Assembly (NCBI GenBank): GCA_046563655.1
Contig: CM102283.1
Span: forward strand, 3,038,001 to 3,102,000
Length of the DNA stretch: 64,000 bases
Source of the DNA: Yuukianura sp. NJ FZ-2021
Taxonomy: Eukaryota
Reading direction: 5' to 3'
The notes under the pieces are model-generated. The model was not told the DNA's origin. It saw only the letters and a list, made by a program, of their open reading frames with translations, and searched no databases. The translations under genes were made by a program, and so were the position numbers. Below are positions 1-12,074 of this stretch, one piece after another (positions within the stretch are counted from its first letter, which is position 1; the number at the start of each line of letters is the position of its first letter).

Positions 1-3000
1 GTCTTCATTAGTTCAAATCAACGTCAAAAACAGAAAAAAATCATCCTGCCTTTTCAAATCCTACAATTCTGTTACTTATTTTATTATATTATTATTATAT
101 TTTATTATGTTTATTATCATATCTATTTGTTGACTGTTCTAAAAGACCTGCATGTTCAATCACTACTAATTCTGTCACTTTTAAATGAAAAGTGACACAG
201 TGAGGGATGATTCAAATTTGAATGTTCCCGCTTTGCCCAATCTCACTTTAGCCCAAATGAGTGTCGTTTCCCGCCTGTTTTAATTTGAATCGATCCATCA
301 ACCTCATTTTCTCTTTTACATGACCCATGGCATGTTTAGATTTGAATTTTGAATTTTCCCTCCAACCCGAATTTTGGTAAATGGCTCCCGGGTGGTCTGG
401 ATTTAAACTGGAAAAGGCGGGGGATTCAAATTTAAATGGGAATCGGACATGAATTTATATCAAAAAGTTGCTAGATGGACTGCATTGCCCTAGTGTACCC
501 TTAGACTGTACCCTTAACGAGAGACACAATTCTCAGGTGAACGGAGCATAATTTATGGCGCCTAAATTCAAATCTCGGAATCTGCCATCGTTAATATAAA
601 TTGTCTTTTGACTTTTAACTATTCACCACCTACTTTTAATTATCAAGGGCCCCCTACACCACTTGAGTACCGTAAGGGTACCGTAAAGTTGGAGGTACCC
701 TTACTCAAAATTCAAATCGAGTGATGATTAAGAGAGTGTCCTTATTTGGAAAATTACGGTAAAACTTTATTCATGAGAAGGGTTGAGGAGGGCCCTTAAC
801 AATTGTCATGTTTCAGAGGACACGAACATTTTTATGGACGAAGGTTGCATTTGAAGGGCCCTTGACTCTAATGCTGTCTTTTGTGGATTGCGGTATTTCT
901 AGTATTTTTGATTAAAATCTCAAGTACCCCCTCCCCCCTTCGTGAGCAGTTAAGGGGTACGGACCCTTCAAGCCGCAAGGGCTCCTGCTTTGAATGTTTC
1001 AATTCTCGTGTTCTCCATTCATCTTAAATCTTTCCTCGAAGCTCATCTTGGATTCTGATCTAATCTTAAGGGCTCCTCACGTTTTCTCATCATTAACAAC
1101 AATGCTCCTGGATTTGAAGAGGGGAGCCCTTAAAAACGGTGACATCTTAAGGGTACCCTTACATCAAGAATTCTCAAACGAAAAAAGTCCTTTAAAAAAT
1201 TCGAAGGTAAAATTCTTTTTCAGAAAACGTTTTCACGATCGCGTGTAATAAAAGCTGCGTGTTCAGTTTTTCCACAATTTTCTTTCGGATTGGAAATGTT
1301 GGAAAATTTTGAAAACTTTGAAATTTCAAAATTTTGAAATTTTGAAAAAGTAGAGCACGTATTATTTTGAAGATTTAACGTTAATTGGTCCTTGAGCGGC
1401 AAGAAGATGAAATGAACTTTCGAAGTTCGAGAAGTTCCCAGGATCCTTTAATTTCAGCATCTGGTTTTGTGGATCCCTTAAGGTTGACAACAAAGTGACA
1501 TGATTTAAGGGTCCTCCTGTGGCATTAAACCAACTCAATTGAAAAGAGAGCCCTTAAGGGACGTTCTTCTGAAGAAGCCAAAGCAACTGGTAGTTTTCAG
1601 TTTGCCAGGTGACTCTTCTGTGGACACAAGGACAAGGAAATAAAAGCGGCTCAAAAGATTCTCAAATTCTATTCATAAGTACCCCCACATCTTCCAGAAA
1701 TTTTGAATTGAAGGGTCCCCTAAAAGAAATTTTCAATTGAAGGGTCCCCTCATCCTGTGAGAAGAGGACACTTTTTGTGTGTATTATTTTGAGTCATGCT
1801 ATTATTGTCTGAAATGACTTAAAACCAGAGAAGAAGCACCTTGGAGAGATTGTGAACATGCACTTCAGGGGAGGACTTTGGGGGCCCTTAGAAAAAAAAA
1901 ATGGAAAAGTGACAAAGAAAAAACGAAGTTAAAAAAAGACTCGAAATTGGGCGCCCTGTAATTTCCATTCTTGTCAAAAAATTCTTTTATAAAGATTTTT
2001 TTTTTCAATTTTCTAAAAAACTGTTCTGGTTCAAGGGTATTCTGTTTAAAAAATTCTTTGCGCTTGCACGCCTTTTAAAAAAAAATTTGAAACCGCGTTA
2101 TGAAATTCGAGCTTTTCAAAATTTTTGAAACCGAAACCGCACAAAAGCATCTCAAGCTCAAATTTAAAAAAAAACGCAGCTCAAATTAGAAACTGACGCC
2201 TGCTGGAGATTCGGTCCTTCAAAAAATAAAATTTCGAACGCCCAGTTAGAATGGATTTCTCAGAAAAATTGAAATTTTGAAAACTTTTTTCTGAAAAGGG
2301 CCCTTGAAGGTGTACTATTGCAAATGAAGGGACCCTTAGGATAATGGTGCAAGTTAATTGTTGGTTTGATCGTTCTTCAAGTATACTTGCGATGCCCCTG
2401 CTGTTTTGTGTGTAATTTTCTGGAAATGGGATCCCTTGGAAGGGCCCTTAGCTTCCATAGTTCCGCTTTTCAAAAAAAAATTGAAAAAACCCGCCTTTCT
2501 ACCATCTCCAAAATTGAAGTCCAATTTCCAAAATTCAAGGAAAGCAGCTGCTTTGAAGCTCCCAGCAACAGTTAGCCCTTGGATTCCCTTCAGGGCCGGA
2601 CCTTAAGGGCTCCTTTTTTTTAAATTTATGAGCCAAGTCCCCCTTCGTAATGATCTGACAAGGTTCGTGAAGGTAACTGCCAAGTCGTCACAGTTTGCTG
2701 CTTTTCAATTCATTTCAGTAGGGTCATGGCGTCAAGGCGTTCTAAAAGTAAATTCGGGCGTCCAGGTAGTGCAGGGGCCCTTAGAAGTCCAGGAGGGGCC
2801 CTTGGAAGGGCAGTAAGGCACTTGATTGACCTGGGCAGGGGCCCTTCGACATGACAGACAAGCTTTTAACAAGTTATTACGAAAAGATTGTTATTTTTGG
2901 AACCTAAAATATATTATGCTATGTTATGTAAGTATTTTTAGGTTAGCCTAACATAGCCTAAGTTTCTTCTTACGTTAGGTTATCCTAAATTTTTCTAACC

Positions 3001-3553
3001 TAGTATCTTTTAGCAGTCGGTTGCTAAGTGAAAGATGCGTTTTGTATCTTTTTCTATTGTCTTATTTCTTCACTTGTAGCAACATGACACGGGGTCATGC
3101 TGAGAGATGATGAAAGATTGCTTTCGTTGTCTTCTTATGATCTTCCAGAACAAAGAACATAAAACACATTATCCTTTTTGTTCTAAATTTTTCAAAAAAA
3201 AAGTTGAAAAAGTTGTGACCTAAGTTGAGTTGAATTTGAAAAATCCCTGCTGAGTTCTCAAACCAAACAACAAAGAAACTACAGGTGATTCAACGGAAAG
3301 CAATAACACAATTTTTAGTATGACTTTTAATCAACGTCTAAACTAACCGTGAAATTTTTCGGCCGCAGCAACTGTTCCGTTGTCGATTTTCATAATAAAA
3401 CTCACTTTGTGAAATTTTGAAAATTGAAAAAATGTTACTATTGAAACAATCTCAATTGAATACCAATTCAGACAAAACCAAATCATAAACAAAGCTAAAC
3501 AAAAAAAAGTTCAAAAGGTTTGAATCAAAAAGTTTGAATTTTGTTGTAATAAA

Positions 3554-4277
3554 ATGGCTCGCTTCCATTCAGTTTTATTCTATTGGATGACCTTGACTTG
3601 TGTCACTGGCGGTAGGCTTGAAACTTTTTAAAACTTTTTTTTAATAAGCGTTGCGTTTTCTTTTTGACTTTTTTTTGGATTGTGTTCATTTTTTAGAAAG
3701 AAGATGTTACCAATGTAATTCTGCGACCGATACAAGATGTGAATCAACCGAAAAGGTTAGGAAAGCACAAGACTTGGTTCGACGCTGCGAAGTTTTTGAC
3801 GATTTTCATACTTTGATGCACGGACGCGAATCCCCGACGGACCATAACAACTCGAACGATTTTGCATTTAAACCAGTTTGGGCTGTGACGAATGGCACAG
3901 ACTACGCAGTCGTTTGCAAGAAAATTGTCATGAAATTGCATTCCAGGGATCCACCAGGAACGAAAAGTAGGAAATTAAACTATAATTGTGTATTCAATGT
4001 AATTTAAACTTGACCTTTGACCCTAGTTGACCCCAAACTGGCCATCACTGATACCAGAAACGCAATGCCGCTGAGATTCCTTCGGTATTGTGGAATTGAA
4101 AAGATCAACGATCGGCATCAAACTACATGCTCCTCAACAATCGCCTCGGGCAAAATGGAAGTCACTGTGTGTTGGTGTAAACAGGATCTGTGTAATACAG
4201 CGCCAAACTCAAAAACGATTTTTCAAACAGCCACCGCCGCGGGCATGGCAGTAATAGCTAGTTTCTTTTTAATTTAA
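3554..4277 (+). CDS. Ly6/uPAR three-finger, quiver/sleepless-like GPI-anchored protein (3 exons: 3554-3611, 3697-3966, 4027-4277)
   Basis: The spliced product has a signal peptide (MARFHSVLFYWMTLTCVTG), N-terminal CYQCNS, C-terminal VCWCKQDLCN and a hydrophobic GPI-signal tail. The GT-AG introns preserve frame. Confidence 0.85.
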
Positions 4278-4283
4278 TTTTTC

Positions 4284-4535
4284 AGACAAAAACTTAGAAC
4301 AATAGGGCTACGCTAGACAAAACTTAAAACAATAGAGTTAGACAAAAACTTAGAACAATAGTGGTCGTCAAGACAACAGGTTAGAACAATAGGAGTGGTA
4401 AAGATAAGATGTTGAGGACAATAGTAGTGGTGAAGACAAGATGTTTAGTACAACGGGGTTTCATGTCATGAACTTAGCGGCAATATGGCTAGTCGAGGAG
4501 GCAAGAAATGTAGAACAATAGTGTTAAAGCAATAG
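4284..4535. repeat. Degenerate minisatellite with core AGACAA..TTAGAACAATAG (about 8 copies, 26-35 bp period)
   Basis: Repeated AGAACAATAG cores lie between the convergent 3' ends of the Ly6 and SANBR genes. Confidence 0.75.
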
Positions 4536-4593
4536 TTCCAATATTTTAAAATGTTATTGAATTAAATATTTTCTCGAACCGCTTGTACGAATT

Positions 4594-6949
4594 TCAAAAT
4601 TTTGAAAATGGAGTCCTTTGGAGTAGATTATTAGCTAGTCGAAACATGTACTTTTCTTCCAAGTCCCGTTGCATGTCTTGGTTGTATCGAGTTGACAGGT
4701 CAGCATTCCATGTCCAGAGGTCACTGACAGCTGGACGAGGCGATTCTTTCAGTTCCCGCCCAAATCCATACTGGGCAGCTAGCGTCTGCGCTGGAGTGCT
4801 AACTTCGTCCAGCTCACGTTCAGGGCTGGACCATTCTCCATCTTGAGTGGAACTTCCTACACTTGGACTCCGTCTCATATACTCTTCTATAACGGCTCTC
4901 CTGATTGGTGCTTCCGTTTGTCTCAGTTTCCCCAAGTGCTTTAAAATGTCTGGCTCAATTTCTTGGACAATAAGATCCTCAAAGGATTCAAAAATTTCTA
5001 ACTTCGCTAAAGCGTTCTTCTGACTCAAGTCGGGAACATGACTCCTTGTACGACATCCCTAAAATTCAAAATTAAACAAAAAATAATTTTTTCAAAATTT
5101 CAAATAAAAAGTCTTGAAAGTTTAAAAATTGGTACAATTTTTACCTGTGGTAAAGTTAGCGGTGAAAATTTGTAGCAAGGAGTGTTACAACACAAATATT
5201 TTCGGCCATACAAAGCCGCTTCCTCTTCAGCGTCCAATTCAGCTTGGGCGGGAAATTCAAACGGTTTTTTCCCAAAATTTCTGTAATACTGGGCAGCCAC
5301 ACGTGACTCTCTTGACTCCTCCTCTTTTTGTGCATGTCTCTCCGTCGGATGGAATTTGCAACTATTTTTGAATCTTGCCGGGTAGTAACACTTACAGCTC
5401 AAGCAGAACAAGAAATTCACAATTCCCCACAACCTAAATCAAAATTTTCAAATTCAGAATTTTAAAACCCTGCCAAATTCAAATTCAAAATTTCGAAACC
5501 GCTTCAAATTTCAATTTTACCGCCAGTACACCCTTCGCCAATTTCTTAACTCCCGCTTCAAATCTTTGACGAACATCAAAAAATTCCAGTTGACGTCTTT
5601 GACATGAACGGAAAATTGGTAGCCGAAGGAATCAATCCTGACGTCTGCGCAAGGCACAGAAGCTGCAACGTGATTGGTCAGAAGTTGTTTGCAGCGGCGA
5701 CATTTGAACAGAGTTGACGTTGATGTCAAATGACCTCGATCTGCGCATGGCTCAGCCGAATTCATTAGTAGGATGAATTGGAGGTAGAGTCTGGACGTAA
5801 TTCGATCGGACTTGTCTCTAGGCGCCACACGTCGCTCAATGTCGCCATTTTGAAAGTAGCCGGCCAAGCGGGCCAAAAGTGTGTCACTCAAGCAGACCAA
5901 ATTTGGGGAGTCGGCTACTACCACTTCAATGTTCTCACAAATGTAACGGAGACAAATGGAAGTCAGAGTTGGCATTTGCAGAAACTCTGCTGATACGACG
6001 AGTCCGACGACGTTCACTGCGTCTAGTCAAATTCAAATCAAGATTTCAAAAAACGAAGTCATTCCCGCCAAAAAAGAAATATACGACATATATACGGTTC
6101 CCTCCAAACAGCAAAGAAAAAAATGAGAGAAAAAAACAAAGTTTTTTTTTCTAAAAAAAAAACAAAGAGAGTGAGAGGAAAAGTTTTTTTTCGCGAAACT
6201 TTTTCTCTCGTTTTTCCCGCTTTTTTTTAAATCTTACTGATTTGGCTGATCTTCTCTTTCTGATTGGTCGACGGCAGGATCCAATCGAGTAGCCACTGGA
6301 AAATGTCTATTTCGCAGTGTACCGAGATGTCCATGTCCAAAAGACTTTGACCTTTGACCGCTACGCGGGTAAAATAGCCCATTCCCGCCAAAAGAACATT
6401 TTGACGACAGGGAAAGTCTTGCCAAATCCCCTTCCCTTCTTCACAAACGTGAATTACGACCAGCGGATCTTCTTTTGGTAGACGCTTTTTCGGATTTGAG
6501 GAATTTAAAAATCTTCCTGGGATTTCAGTTTCATGATCCACTTCGGTAGTGTTGCTGGGCAGCAGTTCTGGATAAGTCGAGGTCACGGAGGTCAAAGGTC
6601 GCGGGGATTTCCGAATTTTCAAAGTGGATTTTAAGTATGGTAGAAGTGGGTCTAGCAGGCCTTGTTCCACGACAAATTTCATCGTGAGGTGCATCTTTGC
6701 GGTGGAATTTGAAACTCGCGAATTTTGAAACTCGTCGTCCCGAATCAACCACCGAAAATTGCCGAGGAAAGCGTCGTAGTCGAATGGCGGTGCAAACCGT
6801 TGTGCAGAAACGCATTCGGAGTTATTTTTGAGTAAACTTAGTTTAGCACGGTAAAAATTTAGAAAAAATGATAGAAACTGCTTCACACTTTCCTCGTCGA
6901 CTTCTCTCAACCAACCACCGTGTTTTTCTACTTCCAAGTTTGTTGTCAT
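4594..6949 (-). CDS. SANBR: SANBR/KIAA1841-like SANT-BTB (DUF3342) protein, 4 exons
   Basis: Motifs VVIHVCEE..QDFPC...LL.GMGYF, DISVHCEIDIFQWL, NWRRVYWRLWG and CCN..CY.FSPL match this family. ORFs 6227-6949, 5517-6017, 5100-5432 and 4594-5028 join in frame at GT-AG sites. Confidence 0.85.
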
Positions 6950-9900
6950 TTTAAGTTCAAAATTTTAGAAAATGTGTTGTAAAAATCAAATTTTCTTCAA
7001 ATATATTTTTCGTTCTGAAAATCTATGCAAAAGCAAACTCACTAAAAATACACCTCTACAGTTCACCAAGAACCAAAATTCATCGATCAAACATTGCAAC
7101 TCAAACTGAAGTGAGCAGCACCAATCACAACCCGCGAAATTTTGAACTTTTTTTTTTATAAAAGAAGCAAAAGCAAGAGTTCATTCTTAGAATTGGAATT
7201 GAGGCAGTAGCTGACCTGGAACGAAAAAAAGTGAAAGGAATAAATCAAGTCATTTACACAGTTGTAATTTCCTGTTCGGAGCAATCGAAAATCCGGAATT
7301 TCGTAAATCGGTTCTCAAGTTGGTTTAGAAATTTCAAAAAACGTGGATTTTGGAAGAGAATCGAAATTGTGGAAGTGAGTTTGCCTTCCTTTTCCGTTTT
7401 GACTGTTGGAATAAAAGATCTTGTGTCCCAGAGGAAGAGCAGGAAAAAGTGCTGCAACAAAAGCAAAAGGAAATGATGATGTCGAGTGGCTCAAATCCAC
7501 TGCACAAAAAAAAACCGAAAAAGAACAAAAAAAAAAACTGAAAAAAGAAGTAAAAGAAGAAAGTGATCTCTTTTGTTGTATTATTGAAGCATTGACTTTC
7601 ATCAGTCTCTGTTGACTTTCTTCTTCAACCTCAACGCCATCAAAGATACTTCAACTCTGATCTCTATCTTCAATTCGCCACCAACAAAAATCTACTGTTA
7701 AACAAAAAAAAAAGCCTGACTCAACGTAAATTATCAAAAAAATAGTTTCATTCAGGAAAAAAAAGTTAAATAACAACGATTTTTCAGAATTCTGAAAAAT
7801 TCTACTCACAAATTTATAATTTCAGTTTATATTTTGAATATCAAAAGTTTAGCTTAGGAAAGGAAAAGAAAATGAAATTATTAGTTTGATTGAAAGCGTT
7901 TTTTTCTTCTCCAACTGAAATCAAAGTTCAGCCAACTTTTTGAAAACTGTAATTTGCCAATTTTTGATTGGCCAATTTCCGCTGTTCTCTGATAATTGTA
8001 GGTTGTAACTGTGGGAACTGTTTTTTGGCAATAGAAAATTAATGACTACAAGAAGCACTGACGTTATAAAATTTCAAAAAAAATTGAAAGCATGCGATTT
8101 AATTTTTTGTCTAACTTTTTTTTTCAAACGTAAAGATTTTGCTTCCTAAAAATTTTGCTTTGAGCATTAAGCATGCTACCGAAGGAGCACCAAAAGTACA
8201 GCATGGAACAAAAGTACAATTTGAAAAGAGTCGGCGGAATTCCGTTGTACTTATCGTGCAAAAGTGCGTGTAATTTGCAATTATTTGAAAAAATAAGGAA
8301 GGAGTGTTTATGTTCCAGTGTACAGAGACATTAAGAAAAAAGCATTAAAATGTTTGAGAAGAAATAAATCAGTCTGGGTGAGAGACCTCCTCCAGCTTTT
8401 CTCTTTTCAAAATGAAATTATTATGATTCCACTTCCGAACTTAACAATAGGAGCAGTACATGGAAATTTAGTAGCTTCCAGGTGGAACTTGTGGATTAGG
8501 AAGTCACTTCACTATTTCAACTTTTTCAAAATAAAAGTAATGTAAAAACATAAAATATTATGACATGTAATAAATGCAACTCTTCTTACCTGAATGTGCG
8601 TCTACTAGAATTTAAAACCAAAAAAAAAAAACGACAATGCGAAAAAACGATCTTACAAAAACTAAAAAATGCAATGTAAAAATCAAAGTTATTGTTTTAA
8701 AACTAATAATTTCTGCGGTTTCTTAATTCAAACAGAAACATATTTTAGGTTTTGGTCGTTTTTGAAAAAAAAGAAGCGATTTTCTGCACTTTTCCACAAA
8801 GTTTTAGTTTTTGCGGTGCAAAAAGAGCGAAAAACAAAGTAAACGATTTGGATTGTTTATGTTCCTTTTGTTGCAATCTTGACTGAAAATCAATCTCGTT
8901 GCAATCTTAAACTTGACCATGAGAAAATTCCAACTTTTTTTTTCAGTTTTTGAAAACATTTGAACACGTAAGACACCACAAGTTAAATGACCTTTTGAAC
9001 TTCTCCCGCCGCTTTGTGCTCAAGCATGCATGAAACAGCAAGAAATCATTCGTATGGAACCAACTACGTTTGTTTTGGCATTCCTTTGCCCATTCATTCA
9101 TCATTTGGCTGAAGGTGGATTTATTTAAATTGTTGTTTATAGTTTGGACAGTGCTAAAAAGGGCGCGGTGGAATTTGAAAATGATGATGTTGCAATATTT
9201 GGGCAAATACAAATACAATTAAGGGAATTAAGTTCACTTCGGTCTGTTTGTGTGACTTTAAAAGGAAACCAAAAGGAACTAAATCAACTTGAACTTGGAT
9301 CGGCTTAAATCAACTCTCTATTTAGATTTTAGATTTCCAAATTAGCCAATCATTAAAAAAAGTCTATTGTCGATTTTCGAAATTTGACTTTTGAACTTGA
9401 ACTTTTGAAAATTTGTGCCACACGCAGCGCTGTCTATAAGCACAACGTACATAATGCACAACTTAAAAAAACAGCAAAAATGAAAAGGTCTGCAACTTTT
9501 AAATTTTTTTTTAAATTTTAATGAATTTTAAAAAATTGAAGCATTCAAATGGTACATAAAAGTCTAGAGTAGAATTTTTTTTTAGAAAAAGTTATAAAAT
9601 CTTTTGTGAAAGTTGTTAGTTTTTGAAAGTAGAGTGATGATGACCTCAACTTCTCAAGTTCAAAATTTTGAACTTTAGTGTACGTGAACACGCAATTTGT
9701 GCATTGACCTTCAAATTTTTGAATGTTAAGAAGCATTTCGGCATGACATCACCTCACTACTGAACATTTGGAGTTTCAATTTCGAAAACTGAATTGGTTC
9801 CAACTGAAAAACGTCAAGGTTCGTAGGTTTTATTTTCAAAAAATGTAACGCTAATTAGCGGTTGTGTCTTGTTTTCTCAATTTTTTTTCAAATTCAAAAA

Positions 9901-12074
9901 AGTTATGGACCTTGTTACCCCAAAGTCAATAAAATTTCAATTGTTCCATTTTTTTTGTTTTGTGAAACTTCCCATTTGAATTAAACCGAGCACCGAGCGG
10001 TGTCAATTTCAAACAATAAAATATAAAAAAAAATGATCAAATTCAGAGCACGTTTTTACCTCAGCCGTTTCCTGATCAGCGGCTTACCACTTTTTGATCA
10101 TCCACTTCAAAAAGTTCCGCCAAAATTTTGAACAGGAAGCATTTCCTGGTTTTTGAAATTCCAAATTCAAAAAAAGAAGATTTTTTTTTGAATTTCAGAA
10201 TTCCTTAAAAGCTTTGATTGTAGTCAAGAAAAAACTTTTCCCAGGAATTTTGAAATTTTGGAATTTCTACTTTAAAACATGCAATGCCTTCCACGGATAG
10301 TTACTCAAATTGGTTATGTTATTAAGGTTAATTTGGGCACTTTAAGAACATAACCTATGTTTTAACATAACTTTTTTTTACAATGTAATTTATAACGTAG
10401 CTTTTCAAGTGCACTTTTTAACATACGTTTTAACCCTACTTTTTAAAATTTTGATTCCGACAAATGTGTAATTGGGTATCTATTAGATTGATGATGAAGG
10501 GGGTTATTTTCGAGTACTAAAGAACAGCTCACTTTACTTTCAAAATTTTTTGTTTAAATTTTTTTTTGAAATTTTTTTTTGGTTTAAGATTAAATTGATG
10601 GAGAGGGATCCAGTTTGACAGAAAGAAACGGTTGGACTGCTGCTGGAAGTAAAGAAACACAAGAATCCAACAATTTTCTGAAGCATGAAGCACAGAAAAG
10701 AACACAAAAAATGGAAACTGCTCAAACCACACGGAAGAAACGGTAGAAATTGGTGGGAAGAAGCAAACGCTCAAACGTATAACTTTGAAAAAAAAAGAAG
10801 TTTTTTGGACTTGGAAGAAAGGGGGAGAAAAAGACTTTGTTTGAACTGAAACTGAACTCATTTCGACTTCATCTCTCGTCCAAGGAGAATGTACAGTGTG
10901 TTCCTCAAGTAATTACATCTTGAAAGTGGAACAATAGCATCTTTAACTGTTGGACAGTAAGTTCAAAAATTTAACGAATTTGGAAATTCGAGCAGTTTTG
11001 TAAGTTTTACTTTCAAAAACGAAACTAATTTCGTCATATTCCTGCATAGTCTCTTCTTTTTTTTAACTACAAACATATTCGTTCACAATTTTTGTGTTAA
11101 AGTAAAAATTTCAATGCGGCGTCTTTGCTGAACTAAAACTGTCCAGGTAAATATTAAAATTTCATTTCACAATTTTTGGTACAATCAAAACTTCTTGTCA
11201 TAAAATTTTCCTTATACACCAAAATTTGTTCAAAAATTTTTTTCACAGTCAAAACTTCTCTTACCACAAAGTTTGAGCGTTTTGTTTGCACAAAAGCTGT
11301 TTTTGGTTTTTGTTAAATTTTCACTTACTTCATACCTCTAAATTCTAAATTTTCTTACTTCTGGTGCCGGTAATTTTCAAATTGGCCTTGGAGAAATTGG
11401 TGCCCTGAAGCATTTTTTAGCATAAGTTAAGCTACCTAAAGCAAGAAAAAGTCAAATAGTTTTGGTAATTGTTAAGTTTGTGCTCTGAAGTTAAATGAAT
11501 TGCTTAACTTTGACTAACTTTAACTAACCTTGGTTTAAACCAACATTAACTTTAAGATTAGTCGAAAGTCGTTAAAATTAAATCATGTGATGTTAACATT
11601 TTGAAGTTTGTTGTGAAGATGAATAATCGAAGACATGGAAAAGGTTATCAAAAGTGTCAAGATTCAACATTATTCTATTTGTTTAGTCTGCGTTCCTCAA
11701 GGAGCCAAAACTTATAAACTTACATCACAACTTCCAAAAAAGATATAAAACAAAAGTCCAAAAAAAGTTTAAAAAATTGTTCAAAATATTTCCACTTCAA
11801 AATCCGTTACGCCGCACGCACACCGCCTAATTTTCACGTTTTGTGTAACACTCCCCACAGTCGGTTAATAATTACAAGTCTCACGTTTATTTACAGGTTT
11901 GCATTTGGGCACGAAGTCCGGAAAACTTTTTCAAAAAACGAAACTTCAACTACCAACTACTGTGAAATTTTGAATTTTTGAGTTTTCAAAACAAGTTTTC
12001 AAAAACTTTGTGTTCAAAAAGTGATCACGAATGAGAAGCAAGTAACGTTTGGAATCATCAACTTTTGTAAAACA

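Noticed and set aside
4284-4535. CRISPR-like repeat-spacer array
   Set aside because: The repeats are degenerate, the linkers are short and mutually related, the context is eukaryotic and there are no cas genes.
7231-10861. Short ORF-track ORFs between SANBR and the LRR gene
   Set aside because: K/F/N-rich translations of poly-A/T DNA with no domain motifs; likely UTR or intronic.
12021-12074. ORF-track GTG start for the LRR gene
   Set aside because: Eukaryotic gene; the ATG at 12075 precedes the signal peptide.
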